Assembly (NCBI GenBank): GCA_965230295.1
Contig: OZ246001.1
Coordinates: 576,001-640,000 of the forward strand
Origin: Marinicella sp.
Lineage (GTDB): Bacteria > Pseudomonadota > Gammaproteobacteria > Xanthomonadales > Marinicellaceae
Length of the DNA stretch: 64,000 nt
Direction: 5' to 3'
The notes under the pieces were generated by a model. It was given only the letters and a program-made list of their open reading frames with translations. It was not told where the DNA came from and did no database searches. Shown in pieces: positions 18,348 to 28,946 of the stretch (position 1 is the stretch's first letter; each line of letters opens with the position of its first letter). Made by a program: the position numbers and the translations under genes.

Positions 18348-18519
18348 GATGATATTCCTACAACCTGTGATCGGCTATTGTAGCTGAATACCGCAGTCGG
18401 AACAACGTTCTGATTGGTGAGTATCCTGTGGCTATGTTGGGCAAAACCAATCAATCACATAGCCTTCCACTGCGGCTCGCCTTAGATTACAATGTGGATT
18501 CGAACCAAAGGAGATGCGC

Positions 18520-19089
18520 ATGGAAAAAACGGACCCTAAACTCATCATTTTACTGCTGTTGGTCATTGCTGGATACTTCATCAGCCAGGCCATGAACCCG
18601 CACAAAAAATACAGCACCCAAGCCTATTGGGAAAACGCCACGTTAGCAGATGTGGCTGATATACCTGATGAGGCACTGGCCGCAGGTAATGACAACGGCC
18701 CTGTTTTGATGTGGGCTGCCACAACCACAAAAGACCCGGCCATCATTGATGCATTGGTTGCCAGAGGTGCTGCCATCAATGAGGTGGATGGTAGTTTTCT
18801 TGGAACCCCTTTATCAGGTGCCGCCAGTCACAACAGCAGCACAGCTGTGATCGACGCATTGCTGGCCCATGGTGCCGACTTACATGCTTTATTGTTGCAT
18901 GACAACAGCATCCTCCAAGCCGCAGCCATGTACAATGAAAACCCAGGCATCACCTTGCATTTAATCAAGTTGGGAGCGGATGTAAATCACCGCAATGTGT
19001 ATGGACAAGATGTGATGGATTTAGCCATAGAAAAGGATAATCAAATGGCATTGGCAGACTTACATCAATGGTTACCGGAAACTGAATAA
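18520..19089 (+). CDS. Ankyrin-repeat protein with N-terminal anchor
   Basis: LMWAA, GTPLSGAA, L.HGAD, LGADVN; AAGGAG upstream. Confidence 0.85.
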   Translation: MEKTDPKLIILLLLVIAGYFISQAMNPHKKYSTQAYWENATLADVADIPDEALAAGNDNGPVLMWAATTTKDPAIIDALVARGAAINEVDGSFLGTPLSGAASHNSSTAVIDALLAHGADLHALLLHDNSILQAAAMYNENPGITLHLIKLGADVNHRNVYGQDVMDLAIEKDNQMALADLHQWLPETE

Positions 19090-19111
19090 CTGGTGATCAG
19101 TAGAGTAACTG

Positions 19112-19705
19112 TCAGCCATTTCCAACCAATTCGCATTTGGCCGCCATTGCTTCTGGATTGACCATGCCCTGGATAAGGAAAAAAAATGTCACCATACAAA
19201 CCAAAAATGCGAAACCCAATGCAACCGATAATCCCATAAATAATTTGGCTTTCCGAAGGGCAGCTGCACCCGATATCACTTTCTGTGGCTTCCAAACCTT
19301 TTGTCCAGGTAATGGATACTGTTCATGACGCAATACCTTTTGCCAATAGACCCATTGAAAAGCCATACCCCCTAAAAACAACAACAGCATCAATAAAACC
19401 ATACCTAAGATGGACCCATACCAATGCAAGATGCCCCATGTTTCACCACAAAGAAAAGAAGGGGCTTTGGTTAAGTTGATGATATATTGAAAGCCGATAA
19501 TCAATGGGATGGCCCAACCGGCATGTTTGCCCATCATCGTTAGCTTTTCACGCCAAGTATACTCAGGCGCCCAGCTTTGTTGTTGGTCTTTGGGGTCCTC
19601 CTTCGACTTTAACCAGTTTTTTTTGGGTGTTTTGATCACAACAACGATGGCCAAAGTCAATGCAGCCAGTGCAATGGCCCATGATATGATTTGTTCAGTA
19701 TTCAT
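19112..19705 (-). CDS. Hypothetical membrane protein
   Basis: ~4 TM; Q.PLPG.KV motif. Confidence 0.65.
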   Translation of the reverse strand: MNTEQIISWAIALAALTLAIVVVIKTPKKNWLKSKEDPKDQQQSWAPEYTWREKLTMMGKHAGWAIPLIIGFQYIINLTKAPSFLCGETWGILHWYGSILGMVLLMLLLFLGGMAFQWVYWQKVLRHEQYPLPGQKVWKPQKVISGAAALRKAKLFMGLSVALGFAFLVCMVTFFFLIQGMVNPEAMAAKCELVGNG

Positions 19706-19717
19706 CAGCAACCAAAC

Positions 19718-20746
19718 TTAAACGATCAACATGGCATCACCATAGCTGAAAAAGCGGTATCGTTCATTGATGGCATGCTGATAGGCATTCAAAATTGACT
19801 CGCGCCCTGCCAATGCTGACACCAACATCACCAAGGTGGATTCAGGCAGGTGAAAGTTGGTAATCAAACCATCTATACAATTGAAGGTGAAACCTGGGTA
19901 AATGAAGATTTGGGTGTCTCCCAAATAGGGTTGAATTGAACCACTGGATGAGGCCGTTTCCAAGCACCTGACTGCGGTTGTTCCTACCGCAATGACTCGT
20001 TTGCCTGCAGACTGAGTGGCTTTCACCCTATCACACACTTGTTGATCAACTGACAACCATTCTTTGTGCATTTGATGCTGGGTTAAATCATCAACTTTGA
20101 CAGGTTGAAAGGTTCCTGCGCCCACATGTAACGTCACAAAAGCTGTCTTAATGCCTTTGGCATCGATGGCTCGCAGCAATTCTTCATCAAAATGCAACCC
20201 TGCAGTGGGTGCCGCCACGGCACCAGCTTGACCTTCATCGGCATAAACGGTTTGATAACGATCATCGTCTTGCTGCTCAGCTTCTCGCGTGATGTAAGGA
20301 GGCAACGGCATATGACCATAGGCATCCATCAATTCAGGCAAACTCAAATCTGTTGTTGTTTCAACCAAGTAGAACATGCCTTTTTTGGCACTGACCACCA
20401 GCTGAGACTGGCCATTGAACTCAATCAAAGTGCCCATTTTTACCGGTTTATTGGATTTCAATAAGGCCTTGGCTTGGTGAGCATTGAGCATGCGCTCAAT
20501 AAACACTTCAATCTTGCCACCAGTGGGCTTATTCGCCAATAATCTGGCAGGGATCACCTTGGTGTTATTGAACACCAACAAATCACCAGGTTCAAGTTCG
20601 GTCAAAATATCTGTGAACTGAAGGTCATTGGTGGCCCCTGAATGCCTATCCAGTTTCAATAATCGAGAGTGGCTACGTTCGGCCAGGGGGTGTTGTGCGA
20701 TCAGGGAATCAGGTAACTGAAAATTAAAATCAGCTTTGTTTAACAT
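19718..20746 (-). CDS. queA: S-adenosylmethionine:tRNA ribosyltransferase-isomerase
   Basis: VFNNTKVIPARL, PLPPYI, AVAAPTAGLHF, LHVGAGTF, NFHLP, FSYGDAM. Confidence 0.98.
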   Translation of the reverse strand: MLNKADFNFQLPDSLIAQHPLAERSHSRLLKLDRHSGATNDLQFTDILTELEPGDLLVFNNTKVIPARLLANKPTGGKIEVFIERMLNAHQAKALLKSNKPVKMGTLIEFNGQSQLVVSAKKGMFYLVETTTDLSLPELMDAYGHMPLPPYITREAEQQDDDRYQTVYADEGQAGAVAAPTAGLHFDEELLRAIDAKGIKTAFVTLHVGAGTFQPVKVDDLTQHQMHKEWLSVDQQVCDRVKATQSAGKRVIAVGTTAVRCLETASSSGSIQPYLGDTQIFIYPGFTFNCIDGLITNFHLPESTLVMLVSALAGRESILNAYQHAINERYRFFSYGDAMLIV

Positions 20747-20756
20747 AAGCCCAGTC

Positions 20757-21188
20757 TCATTGTTTTTTTACTGGAAAATCCAAATGTTGAATCAATTCTT
20801 CACCACTTTGATTTTGATAGATCAAACAAATCCTGACCTCATCGCCCACTTGAATGGTTCGTTGTGGCATCATCAGCATGATGTGCAAACCACCCGGTTC
20901 CATCACGATTGTAGATTGAGCGTTCAATGCAAGCTGTTTTTGTTCGCGCATACGAAACATCCCATCCACTTCAACTGTTTTGTGAATTTCAGCCATACCA
21001 AAATCAGGTGCATAAGCACCAACCAGATTCAGGTTTTCAGCGGTTTGGTTGTCCAGAGTGACATAGGCTGCCATCATCTTGGCATTGGGTGGTGCGGCCC
21101 TTAACCACATCTCATTGGCACCAGGAAGTTCTGTTGAATAACTGATCTGACTGCCAAGCAGCAGCATGGTAATGATGAAAATTTTCAT
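20757..21188 (-). CDS. Periplasmic copper chaperone PCu(A)C
   Basis: W.RA.PP...AAY, EIH...M.M, PGGLHIML. Confidence 0.9.
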   Translation of the reverse strand: MKIFIITMLLLGSQISYSTELPGANEMWLRAAPPNAKMMAAYVTLDNQTAENLNLVGAYAPDFGMAEIHKTVEVDGMFRMREQKQLALNAQSTIVMEPGGLHIMLMMPQRTIQVGDEVRICLIYQNQSGEELIQHLDFPVKKQ

Positions 21189-22516
21189 AATGTTTGTGCC
21201 ATTTGAGCCAGTTGTTCCGCATGTTCTTGTGCCAATTGTGGATTTTTGGCTTCCACCATCACTCGCAATTTCGGTTCAGTTCCAGAAGGTCTGATCAAGA
21301 CCCTGCCCTCATCACCCAATAACTGGTTAACCTGACTGGCCTGTTCTGTCAGTTGCGGGTTGACTGCCAATTCTTTCGGTTTTTCTGTCTGAACATTGAT
21401 CATGACTTGTGGGTACATGTCCATTTCTGCCGCCAGTTCTTTTAATGACTGTCCTGTTTCCATGATAACTTCCAGCACCATCAAAGCACTGATGATGCCA
21501 TCACCTGTGCCGGCTAATTTTAAATTCAATATATGACCAGATGATTCGCCACCCAAAATCCAGTCACGCTTGCTTAATTCTTGATGGACATACCGGTCGC
21601 CCACATCGGCCCGGACAAACGGTATTCCCAATTGATTCAATCCAGCTTCCATTCCCTGGTTAGACATCAGTGTACCCACCACACCACCATCAAGCTTATT
21701 ATGTTGGTGTAAATGTTTGGCCACCATGAAGATCAACTGATCACCATTCACTTCATTACCGGTGTGATCTACCATCACCACCCGGTCACCATCGCCATCT
21801 AAAGCCACACCCAGATCGGCTTTGGTTTCAATGACTTTCTCACTGAGGACCGAAACTTCGGTTGACCCACAGTCACGGTTGATGTTGAAGCCATCAGGCT
21901 GATTGCCCATTACAGTAATGTCAGCGCCTAATTCCTCAAACACCTGAGGTGCGATGTGATAACTGGCCCCATTGGCACAATCCAATACAATTTTCTTGCC
22001 TGCCAGCAACTGCCGGTTTGCAGCCCTTTTACAAAACTCAATATAACGTCCAGCCACATCATCCAAACGTTTGGCTTTGCCCAAATGTGCCGATTCAACC
22101 ATCTGCATCGGCTGATCCAATAAAGCTTCAATGGCCAACTCTTGCTCATCATTGAGTTTCTGGCCATTTTGATTGAAAAATTTAATGCCGTTATCAAAAT
22201 AAGGGTTGTGTGAAGCACTGATCACAATGCCTGCGCTGGCATGCAAGGTTTTGGTCAACCAAGCCACAGCCGGGGTTGGCATGGGGCCGAATAGAATGAT
22301 ATTGACACCTGCTGATGACAATCCGGCTTCCAAAGCCGATTCCAACATGTAGCCTGATACCCGGGTGTCTTTACCAATGACTATGGTGTTGTTGGGCATG
22401 GATTCGCCCAGAACTTTACCAGCAGCATAGCCCAAACGAAGCGCAAATTCGGCCGTCATCACTGCCCCGCCCACTTTGCCCCGAATACCGTCTGTGCCAA
22501 AATATTTTTTACTCAT
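21185..22516 (-). CDS. glmM: Phosphoglucosamine mutase
   Basis: YFGTDGIRG, ISASHNP, DGDGDR, GGESSGH, RPSGTEP. Confidence 0.98.
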   Translation of the reverse strand: MSKKYFGTDGIRGKVGGAVMTAEFALRLGYAAGKVLGESMPNNTIVIGKDTRVSGYMLESALEAGLSSAGVNIILFGPMPTPAVAWLTKTLHASAGIVISASHNPYFDNGIKFFNQNGQKLNDEQELAIEALLDQPMQMVESAHLGKAKRLDDVAGRYIEFCKRAANRQLLAGKKIVLDCANGASYHIAPQVFEELGADITVMGNQPDGFNINRDCGSTEVSVLSEKVIETKADLGVALDGDGDRVVMVDHTGNEVNGDQLIFMVAKHLHQHNKLDGGVVGTLMSNQGMEAGLNQLGIPFVRADVGDRYVHQELSKRDWILGGESSGHILNLKLAGTGDGIISALMVLEVIMETGQSLKELAAEMDMYPQVMINVQTEKPKELAVNPQLTEQASQVNQLLGDEGRVLIRPSGTEPKLRVMVEAKNPQLAQEHAEQLAQMAQTL

Positions 22517-23318
22517 GTGCCATTTCTCCAATCAAAGCCTGGCTGGTTTTCAACACATCTACTGTCGCAGCCACATCATGTACCCGAAAATAATCTGCAC
22601 CTTGTAAATAAGCAAATTGCGCAACCGCCAATGAGCCAGCCAAACGCTGATCAACTGGACGCTGCAACAAATCGCCAAACATCGATTTTCTGGACACACC
22701 CATTAATACCGGAAAACCCATTTGCTTTATGGTGGCTGTATTTTGAATCAATTGTAAGTTATGGTCCAGGGTTTTGCCAAACCCGATACCCGGATCCAGA
22801 ATGATTCGATCAGCGTCCATACCATAAGCCAAACAAGCTTCTACCCTGGCATCAAAAAAGTCCAACACCTGTTGTACCACATCATCGTATTCAGGGTTGT
22901 TCTGCATGTCTTGCGGTGTTCCTCGTTTATGCATCAAACAAACAAAAACATCATGCTTAACGGCCACTTCAACGGCGCCGTCTGCTTGTAAAGCATTGAC
23001 ATCATTGATCATGTTGGCACCGGCCATTACAGCGGCTTCCATCACCTCTGGCTTGCTGGTATCAATTGAAATGTTTTGCTTTGGAAACTTTGCCCTGATG
23101 GCTTTGATGACTGGTAGGACTCGATTCAGTTCGTCATCAACGGATACTTCTGCAGCCCCGGGTCGGGTTGATTCGCCACCCACGTCGATCCAGTCAACAC
23201 CTTCATTGACCATTTCTTCAACTTGCTGCATGGCCGCATTAATTTGATTGAATTTTCCACCATCTGAAAATGAATCGGGGGTCACATTCAGGACCCCCAT
23301 CACTTGAAAATCATTCAT
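22509..23318 (-). CDS. folP: Dihydropteroate synthase
   Basis: MGVLNVTPDSFSDGG, GGESTRPGA, DPGIGFGK, SRK, RVHDV. Confidence 0.98.
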   Translation of the reverse strand: MNDFQVMGVLNVTPDSFSDGGKFNQINAAMQQVEEMVNEGVDWIDVGGESTRPGAAEVSVDDELNRVLPVIKAIRAKFPKQNISIDTSKPEVMEAAVMAGANMINDVNALQADGAVEVAVKHDVFVCLMHKRGTPQDMQNNPEYDDVVQQVLDFFDARVEACLAYGMDADRIILDPGIGFGKTLDHNLQLIQNTATIKQMGFPVLMGVSRKSMFGDLLQRPVDQRLAGSLAVAQFAYLQGADYFRVHDVAATVDVLKTSQALIGEMAHE

Positions 23319-23324
23319 GATGAT

Positions 23325-25256
23325 TTATAACTCGGTTGCGGGACCACCGATGTTAGGTTGGCCATCATTGGACTTTTTGCCTTTCGAGTCATCATCGCTG
23401 TCATCAGGCAAATCATCCATGTCCCAACCTTCAGGTGGCGATGGATCTTTCCCTGCCATGATCTCTTTGATCTGACTGGCATCAATGGTTTCGTACTTCA
23501 TCAAAGCTTTGGCCATGATGTGTAAGATATCCATGTTTTCTTTGAGAATTTTTTCAGCTCGCGCATAATTGCGGTCAATCAACTCACGAATGGCCAGATC
23601 AATTTTCTCAGCAGTGGTGTCTGACATGTTCTTGTGTTGGGTGACTTGACGCCCCAGGAACACCTCACCTTCATCTTCAGAGTATGACAACGGGCCCATT
23701 TCAGACAAACCCCATTTGGTCACCATATTTTTCGCAATCTCAGTGGCCCGTTCAATGTCATTTGACGCGCCTGTGGTGACGGCATCTTCACCGCCAATGA
23801 TTTCTTCTGCAATGCGACCGCCATAAAGACTCGAAATCTGGCTCTCTAAAGCAGTCTTGCTGTAAGAATACTTGTCTTCTTCCGGTAAGAACATGGTCAC
23901 ACCCAATGCCCGTCCACGAGGAATGATGGTTACTTTGTAAACAGGATCATGTTCTGGCACTTTCAAACCCACAATGGCATGTCCGGCTTCGTGGTATGCC
24001 GTATTGAGTTTTTCTTCTTCTTTCATCACCATGGATTTGCGCTCAGCGCCCATCATGATCTTGTCTCTGGCCTTATCAAACATTTCCATGTTGATTTCAG
24101 TTTTGTCTTCCCTGGCTGCAAACAAGGCTGCCTCATTGACCAAGTTGGCCAAATCAGCACCGGAAAAACCAGGCGTGCCACGGGCAATCAATGAAGGGAT
24201 GACATCATCAGCCAGCGGTACTTTTTTCATGTGTACTTTTAATATGGCTTCACGGCCTAAAATGTCTGGTAGAGGCACCACCACTTGCCGATCGAAACGA
24301 CCTGGACGCAACAGAGCTGGATCTAATACATCGGGTCGATTGGTGGCCGCAATGACAATCACCCCTTCATTACCCTCAAAACCATCCATTTCGACCAATA
24401 ACTGGTTCAATGTTTGTTCACGCTCATCATGACCACCACCTAAACCGGCGCCACGCTGACGACCCACCGCATCTATCTCATCAATAAAGATGATACAAGG
24501 TGAATTCTTTTTGGCTTGTTCAAACATGTCACGAACCCGGGATGCGCCCACCCCGACAAACATTTCAACAAAGTCTGAACCTGAAATGGTGAAAAAAGGC
24601 ACTTTGGCTTCGCCTGCGATGGCCCGAGCCAACAAAGTTTTACCGGTACCAGGAGATCCCACCATCAGAATGCCGCGTGGGATGTGTCCACCGAGCTTTT
24701 GGAATTTGGTCGGATCACGCAGGAAATCCACCACTTCGGTGACTTCTTCTTTGGCCTCTTCGGCACCAGCCATATCAGCGAAAGTCACTTTGTTTTGTTC
24801 TTCGGTCATCAACTTGGCCTTGGATCGGCCAAAACTCATGGCACCACCTTTACCGCCGCCACCTTGCATTTGGCGCATGATCAGGAACCACAAGCCAATG
24901 AATAACAAGATGGGGAAAATGGTTTCAAAAATACGCCAACCCCAGCCTTCTTGTTGAGGTGCTTTGATGGCATATTTAACGTTGTTCAATAATAAATCAT
25001 CTTCCAAATGTGGGTCATCACCACCTTGAACGATGATTTTTTCACCACCTTTGGTGATGGCCACAATTTTACGATGAACAGAAGTTTCAGGGTCAATCAT
25101 CACTTCTTCGATTTGGTTACTTTGTACCATGTTGATGAATTCGGAGTAAACCACCTCACCCTGTTTTTGAGGTTGTTGGACCATGCTGCCGAAGACACTC
25201 ATCAGTACCATCAAAACCACAACCCATAATAAGATATTTTTTGCTATGTTATTCAA
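23325..25256 (-). CDS. ftsH: ATP-dependent zinc metalloprotease FtsH
   Basis: [28 protein letters not shown]. Confidence 0.99.
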   Translation of the reverse strand: MNNIAKNILLWVVVLMVLMSVFGSMVQQPQKQGEVVYSEFINMVQSNQIEEVMIDPETSVHRKIVAITKGGEKIIVQGGDDPHLEDDLLLNNVKYAIKAPQQEGWGWRIFETIFPILLFIGLWFLIMRQMQGGGGKGGAMSFGRSKAKLMTEEQNKVTFADMAGAEEAKEEVTEVVDFLRDPTKFQKLGGHIPRGILMVGSPGTGKTLLARAIAGEAKVPFFTISGSDFVEMFVGVGASRVRDMFEQAKKNSPCIIFIDEIDAVGRQRGAGLGGGHDEREQTLNQLLVEMDGFEGNEGVIVIAATNRPDVLDPALLRPGRFDRQVVVPLPDILGREAILKVHMKKVPLADDVIPSLIARGTPGFSGADLANLVNEAALFAAREDKTEINMEMFDKARDKIMMGAERKSMVMKEEEKLNTAYHEAGHAIVGLKVPEHDPVYKVTIIPRGRALGVTMFLPEEDKYSYSKTALESQISSLYGGRIAEEIIGGEDAVTTGASNDIERATEIAKNMVTKWGLSEMGPLSYSEDEGEVFLGRQVTQHKNMSDTTAEKIDLAIRELIDRNYARAEKILKENMDILHIMAKALMKYETIDASQIKEIMAGKDPSPPEGWDMDDLPDDSDDDSKGKKSNDGQPNIGGPATEL

Positions 25257-25283
25257 AATCAGCCTCTGCCTTTTTGTGTTTAT

Positions 25284-25901
25284 TTACTTAAATCCTGTGG
25301 CCACCGCAAACACTTCTCTGGATCGTGGGCGCGATGACTTGGGTTTATAAATCACAACTTTGTTAAACAACTGACGAATGTTTTGTATGTGTTGATCAAA
25401 ACCTTCACCCTGAAACAGTTTGACAACATGCGCACCGTTAGGTTGCAGTGCTTGCTGACAAAATTCCAATGCCATTTCGGCCAACAGCATACATCGCGGT
25501 TGATCCATGGCATTCATACCACTTAAATTGGGGGCCATATCTGATAATACAAGGTCTATTTTACGAGTTCCCAACAATTCTAAAAGTTGTTCATAAACCG
25601 CATCTTCTGTGAAATCGCCTTCGATAAAATGCACCCCTTCAATGGGTTCAATGGGCAACAAATCCAGCCCAATAATAAACTCAGTTTTGGGTGATTTGAT
25701 TTTGATCACCTGACACCAGCCGCCAGGTGCAGCGCCCAGATCAACCACTGCATTGAGGCCCTTCAACAAATCAAACTTTTCAGCAATTTCTTCCAACTTA
25801 TAGGCTGATCGCGCCCGGTAACCAGACTCTTGTGATTTTTTCACAAACTGATCATCAAAATGCTCTTTCAGCCATTGATTTGAACTCTTACTTCTGCCCA
25901 T
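25284..25901 (-). CDS. rlmE: 23S rRNA Um2552 methyltransferase
   Basis: RSKSS..WL, YRARSAYKL, DLGAAPGGW, SDMAPN. Confidence 0.97.
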   Translation of the reverse strand: MGRSKSSNQWLKEHFDDQFVKKSQESGYRARSAYKLEEIAEKFDLLKGLNAVVDLGAAPGGWCQVIKIKSPKTEFIIGLDLLPIEPIEGVHFIEGDFTEDAVYEQLLELLGTRKIDLVLSDMAPNLSGMNAMDQPRCMLLAEMALEFCQQALQPNGAHVVKLFQGEGFDQHIQNIRQLFNKVVIYKPKSSRPRSREVFAVATGFK

Positions 25902-25975
25902 AGTTATTCACGTTTTTCTGTATTACGCATAGGAAAATGATAAAATGCGCCTTTAAATTAAAAGTGTATCACTGA

Positions 25976-26302
25976 ATGTCTAACAAAGCTGCAAATAAAT
26001 CTGCCAACCAACCACTGAGCAAGAACGCACTCAAGTTCCTCAGAGGCATAGCCCACGACACCAAACCAGTCCTGACCATAGCTGACAAAGGCATCACTGA
26101 AAACATCTTGCTTGAATTAGACATCTGTCTCAAGCAACATGAGTTGATCAAGATCAAAATGCGTGCAGATCGTGATACCAGACAACAATTCATTAAACAA
26201 TTGCTGGAAGAGTCAGGCGCTCATATGGTGCAATCCATTGGCCAAACTTTAACCATTTTCCGCACCAATCCCAAAAAGCCTGTATTCGAGTTACCTAAAT
26301 AA
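25976..26302 (+). CDS. yhbY: RNA-binding CRM-domain protein YhbY
   Basis: LRG.AH..KP, HELIKIK, VQSIG; divergent from rlmE. Confidence 0.92.
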   Translation: MSNKAANKSANQPLSKNALKFLRGIAHDTKPVLTIADKGITENILLELDICLKQHELIKIKMRADRDTRQQFIKQLLEESGAHMVQSIGQTLTIFRTNPKKPVFELPK

Positions 26303-26315
26303 ACCACTATTGACC

Positions 26316-26690
26316 ATGGATTTATCTGAAAACCGCAGCCAACACCCGAATTTGATTGTGTCAGCCAAGCCCCACCAGTGCACCATTGGCAATCAAACGT
26401 ACCAACACAGTATCATCATTCCTTCGAACGAAGCCGTCATCAAAACACCAGTAAAAACAACCCATCATTTAACATTGGAAGTCATGGAACAATTGTGTCA
26501 ATACGCACCTGAAGTGATCATCTTGGCAACCGGTGCTGAGATCGTCTTTCCGGATACTGATTTGCTGCATCCCTTGATCAAGCAAAACATCGGTCTTGAA
26601 GTCTTGAATAACCAAGCAGCTGCCAGGACATTCAATGTGTTGTTGGCTGAAAGTCGTCAAGCCGTTTGTTTGATGATGATAAACCGCTGA
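26316..26690 (+). CDS. Mth938-like (DUF498) protein
   Basis: PEVIILATG, IGLEV, AAARTFNVL.AE.R. Confidence 0.88.
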   Translation: MDLSENRSQHPNLIVSAKPHQCTIGNQTYQHSIIIPSNEAVIKTPVKTTHHLTLEVMEQLCQYAPEVIILATGAEIVFPDTDLLHPLIKQNIGLEVLNNQAAARTFNVLLAESRQAVCLMMINR

Positions 26691-26693
26691 CCA

Positions 26694-26742
26694 TCCAGGC
26701 AAATTCTCCAGGCAAATTCTCCAGGCAAATTCTCCAGGCAAA
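26694..26742 (+). repeat. 13-bp tandem repeat (3.8 units)
   Basis: TCCAGGCAAATTC x3 plus TCCAGGCAAA. Confidence 0.95.
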
Positions 26743-26769
26743 AAAATACCCTCATCAGAGGGCATTTTT
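26741..26769. terminator. Bidirectional intrinsic terminator
   Basis: AAAAAATACCCTC-atca-GAGGGCATTTTT between convergent genes. Confidence 0.75.
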
Positions 26770-26790
26770 AATATTCAGTCTCAAAGCGGT

Positions 26791-26916
26791 TTATCTTTGA
26801 CGTGCTTTCAATTTTGGATTTGATTTACAAATCACAAATACTTTACCACGGCGGCGAACCACTTTGCAGTCTCTAGAACGAGTCTTGGCTGATTTCAAAG
26901 ATGATAAAACTTTCAT
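26791..26916 (-). CDS. ykgO: 50S ribosomal protein bL36, type B (YkgO-like, 41 aa); missed by ORF track
   Basis: Manual translation [41 protein letters not shown]. Confidence 0.95.
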   Translation of the reverse strand: MKVLSSLKSAKTRSRDCKVVRRRGKVFVICKSNPKLKARQR

Positions 26917-26945
26917 AATTTACCGCTGATTTAAAAAGATTGGAA

Positions 26946-26974
26946 ATTATACCCATCTACCACAAAACTGCAAA
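26946..26974 (-). promoter_or_regulatory. Sigma70-like promoter of bL36 gene
   Basis: Minus strand TTTGCA-17nt-TATAAT. Confidence 0.65.
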
Positions 26975-27015
26975 CCCTTTTTAAGATTAATTGAGAATAT
27001 TTTCCAGCCACTAAA

Positions 27016-27720
27016 TTATGCTTCAGGTCGGGCATAAAGCTGTTCGGCACGTTGATAGAGCACCCAGGAAGTAAAAATATACTTGTCATTAGAGACGGGC
27101 ATATTCCCCCTGTGGGTATGGGTAAACCCGGCTGGTGCAATCACCAATGACCCTTGCTTCGGCTTGGTGACCAATTGTTGGTGGTAAAATTCTGTTTCAC
27201 CACCCTCCTCGACATCGTTTAAATAAAACATCCACAACAGTTTACGATGTAGGGCATCATTGGGCTGGTCATTCGGATGAGGGTAAATTTCAGAATGGTA
27301 GTAAAAATAACCACCTTCATTTTGCTTGTACTTTTGGATGTTGATTGAGCCCAAACGGAACACAGTTTGGATCAATCGCCCCAATGATTGGTCATTCAAT
27401 TTAGGGATGTCAACGTATGATATTTGTTCAACACCATCAGGTGTCTGAACTTGTAAGGCAATGGAGCCAACCAAAGAAAACGGGTACTTCCTGACATAGT
27501 GTATCAGACCTTGGAGCACCACATTTTGCAACTGTTCAATTTCCTGCTGCCACTCCTTTGAATGGGTGATGGTGATGTCAGAACTGTTTTTCTTGATCAA
27601 GTCAACGCCATGCCCTGTTCTACCTTTGTGACGCTCATTACTTTGTTCAAACTTTTGGATACATTGTTGACAAAACTCAGGGCTTAATGCCCCTTCATAA
27701 ATTTCTATAAATTGACTCAA
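27016..27720 (-). CDS. 2OG-Fe(II) oxygenase
   Basis: IQKY...H.E...MFYLNDVEEGGETEF...FTHTHRG..KY; probable TTG start at 27720. Confidence 0.85.
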   Translation of the reverse strand: MSQFIEIYEGALSPEFCQQCIQKFEQSNERHKGRTGHGVDLIKKNSSDITITHSKEWQQEIEQLQNVVLQGLIHYVRKYPFSLVGSIALQVQTPDGVEQISYVDIPKLNDQSLGRLIQTVFRLGSINIQKYKQNEGGYFYYHSEIYPHPNDQPNDALHRKLLWMFYLNDVEEGGETEFYHQQLVTKPKQGSLVIAPAGFTHTHRGNMPVSNDKYIFTSWVLYQRAEQLYARPEA

Positions 27721-27829
27721 ATAAAATTCCGCTTTATAAAACCACAAGCATTATGAAAAATGTTGACTTGGGTTTCAAGCACTTTATTTATTGGCAATTA
27801 ACCCATGAACTTCAAACAAGCAATGTATT

Positions 27830-28699
27830 TCATGCAGCAACACATTTATTCTTGCCATTGCTTTTGGCTTTGTACAACGAGCGGTCTGCCCTTTTGATGG
27901 CATCCATGATCGGTTCATTCTTTTTCTTCTGGCTCACACCCAGACTGACAGTCATCGCATGGTCACCCATGGCAAGCGGCAGCTTGATATCGGCGACAAC
28001 TGCACGTATTTGCTCCGCAAACTCAATGGCCTCATTCATATCACTGCCCAACATACAAATGGCAAACTCTTCGCCCCCCCACCGTCCTATGACTTGATTT
28101 TTACCCATCATTTTCATCAAGCTTTGACCCAAGTTGGCCAAGAATTTATCTCCTGATAAATGACCCAAAGTATCATTGATTCTTTTAAAATCATCCAGGT
28201 CAGCAATAATAAATGACAACACCAACCTTTCTTCGGCTGCCTTCTCACTGAGGGCTTCAAATTTTTTCAACATGCCACGGCGATTGTACAAACCAGTTAA
28301 TTCATCTGTAAACGCCTGGCTTTCCAGTTTTGAGTTGAGGTTACCGTATTCCACAATCCATTTATTGATACCAATAAACAGCAGCACGAACCCAGAAAAC
28401 AAAGTGGCCTTTTCAGCCACAGCTGTATACATCTCACCATGTAAATGAAATTGGTCTAACCCATCTACATACATGGAGGTGAAGACCAACAGAAAACCAT
28501 AGTTCAAATAGTTATAAAAATCTTTACCGCTTAAACTACCAATCAACAAGAACATCACGACAGCCATCAAAGCAAAGGCGAATTCAAAGACTACATTATA
28601 AATTCTGACATGGTCGACTGCGGGAAGGTAAACTGCATCATATACCGCAAATGCGACGATGATTAACAACAAAGTAATTACTTTATTAATATAAGGCAT
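27830..28699 (-). CDS. Membrane-bound diguanylate cyclase (GGEEF)
   Basis: 4 TM; DELTGLYNRR, DLDDFKRINDTLGH, RWGGEEF; start moved to MPYINK. Confidence 0.92.
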   Translation of the reverse strand: MPYINKVITLLLIIVAFAVYDAVYLPAVDHVRIYNVVFEFAFALMAVVMFLLIGSLSGKDFYNYLNYGFLLVFTSMYVDGLDQFHLHGEMYTAVAEKATLFSGFVLLFIGINKWIVEYGNLNSKLESQAFTDELTGLYNRRGMLKKFEALSEKAAEERLVLSFIIADLDDFKRINDTLGHLSGDKFLANLGQSLMKMMGKNQVIGRWGGEEFAICMLGSDMNEAIEFAEQIRAVVADIKLPLAMGDHAMTVSLGVSQKKKNEPIMDAIKRADRSLYKAKSNGKNKCVAA

Positions 28700-28916
28700 A
28701 ACAAACACACAACCCAGGTATGTTTGAATAAACGGCATTGCTCGCTCACCCACACATACACACACATTTAAAACACACCAGTCATTCTAACCCGAAATAC
28801 AGACCGATTACCTGAGCCACAAGGTAAAGATTGGTATTATTTAGTTTGTTTTGGCAAAAAAATGCCATTTGGTATTATTTTAGGGGTCAATTTTTAACAA
28901 AGTTCTGAATTTTGTC

Positions 28917-28946
28917 AAAAAAAAAGGCGTCAAATAGATGACGCCT
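28917..28946 (-). terminator. Intrinsic terminator
   Basis: Minus strand AGGCGTCA-tctatt-TGACGCC followed by T9. Confidence 0.85.

Noticed and set aside
23949-25229. Long antisense ORFs over ftsH (likewise over uup, obgE, pmbA)
   Set aside because: Shadow frames of conserved genes.
28700-28780. G/T-rich tract on the minus strand resembling the GcvB R1 seed
   Set aside because: Lies downstream of the terminator, in the GGDEF gene leader; low complexity.
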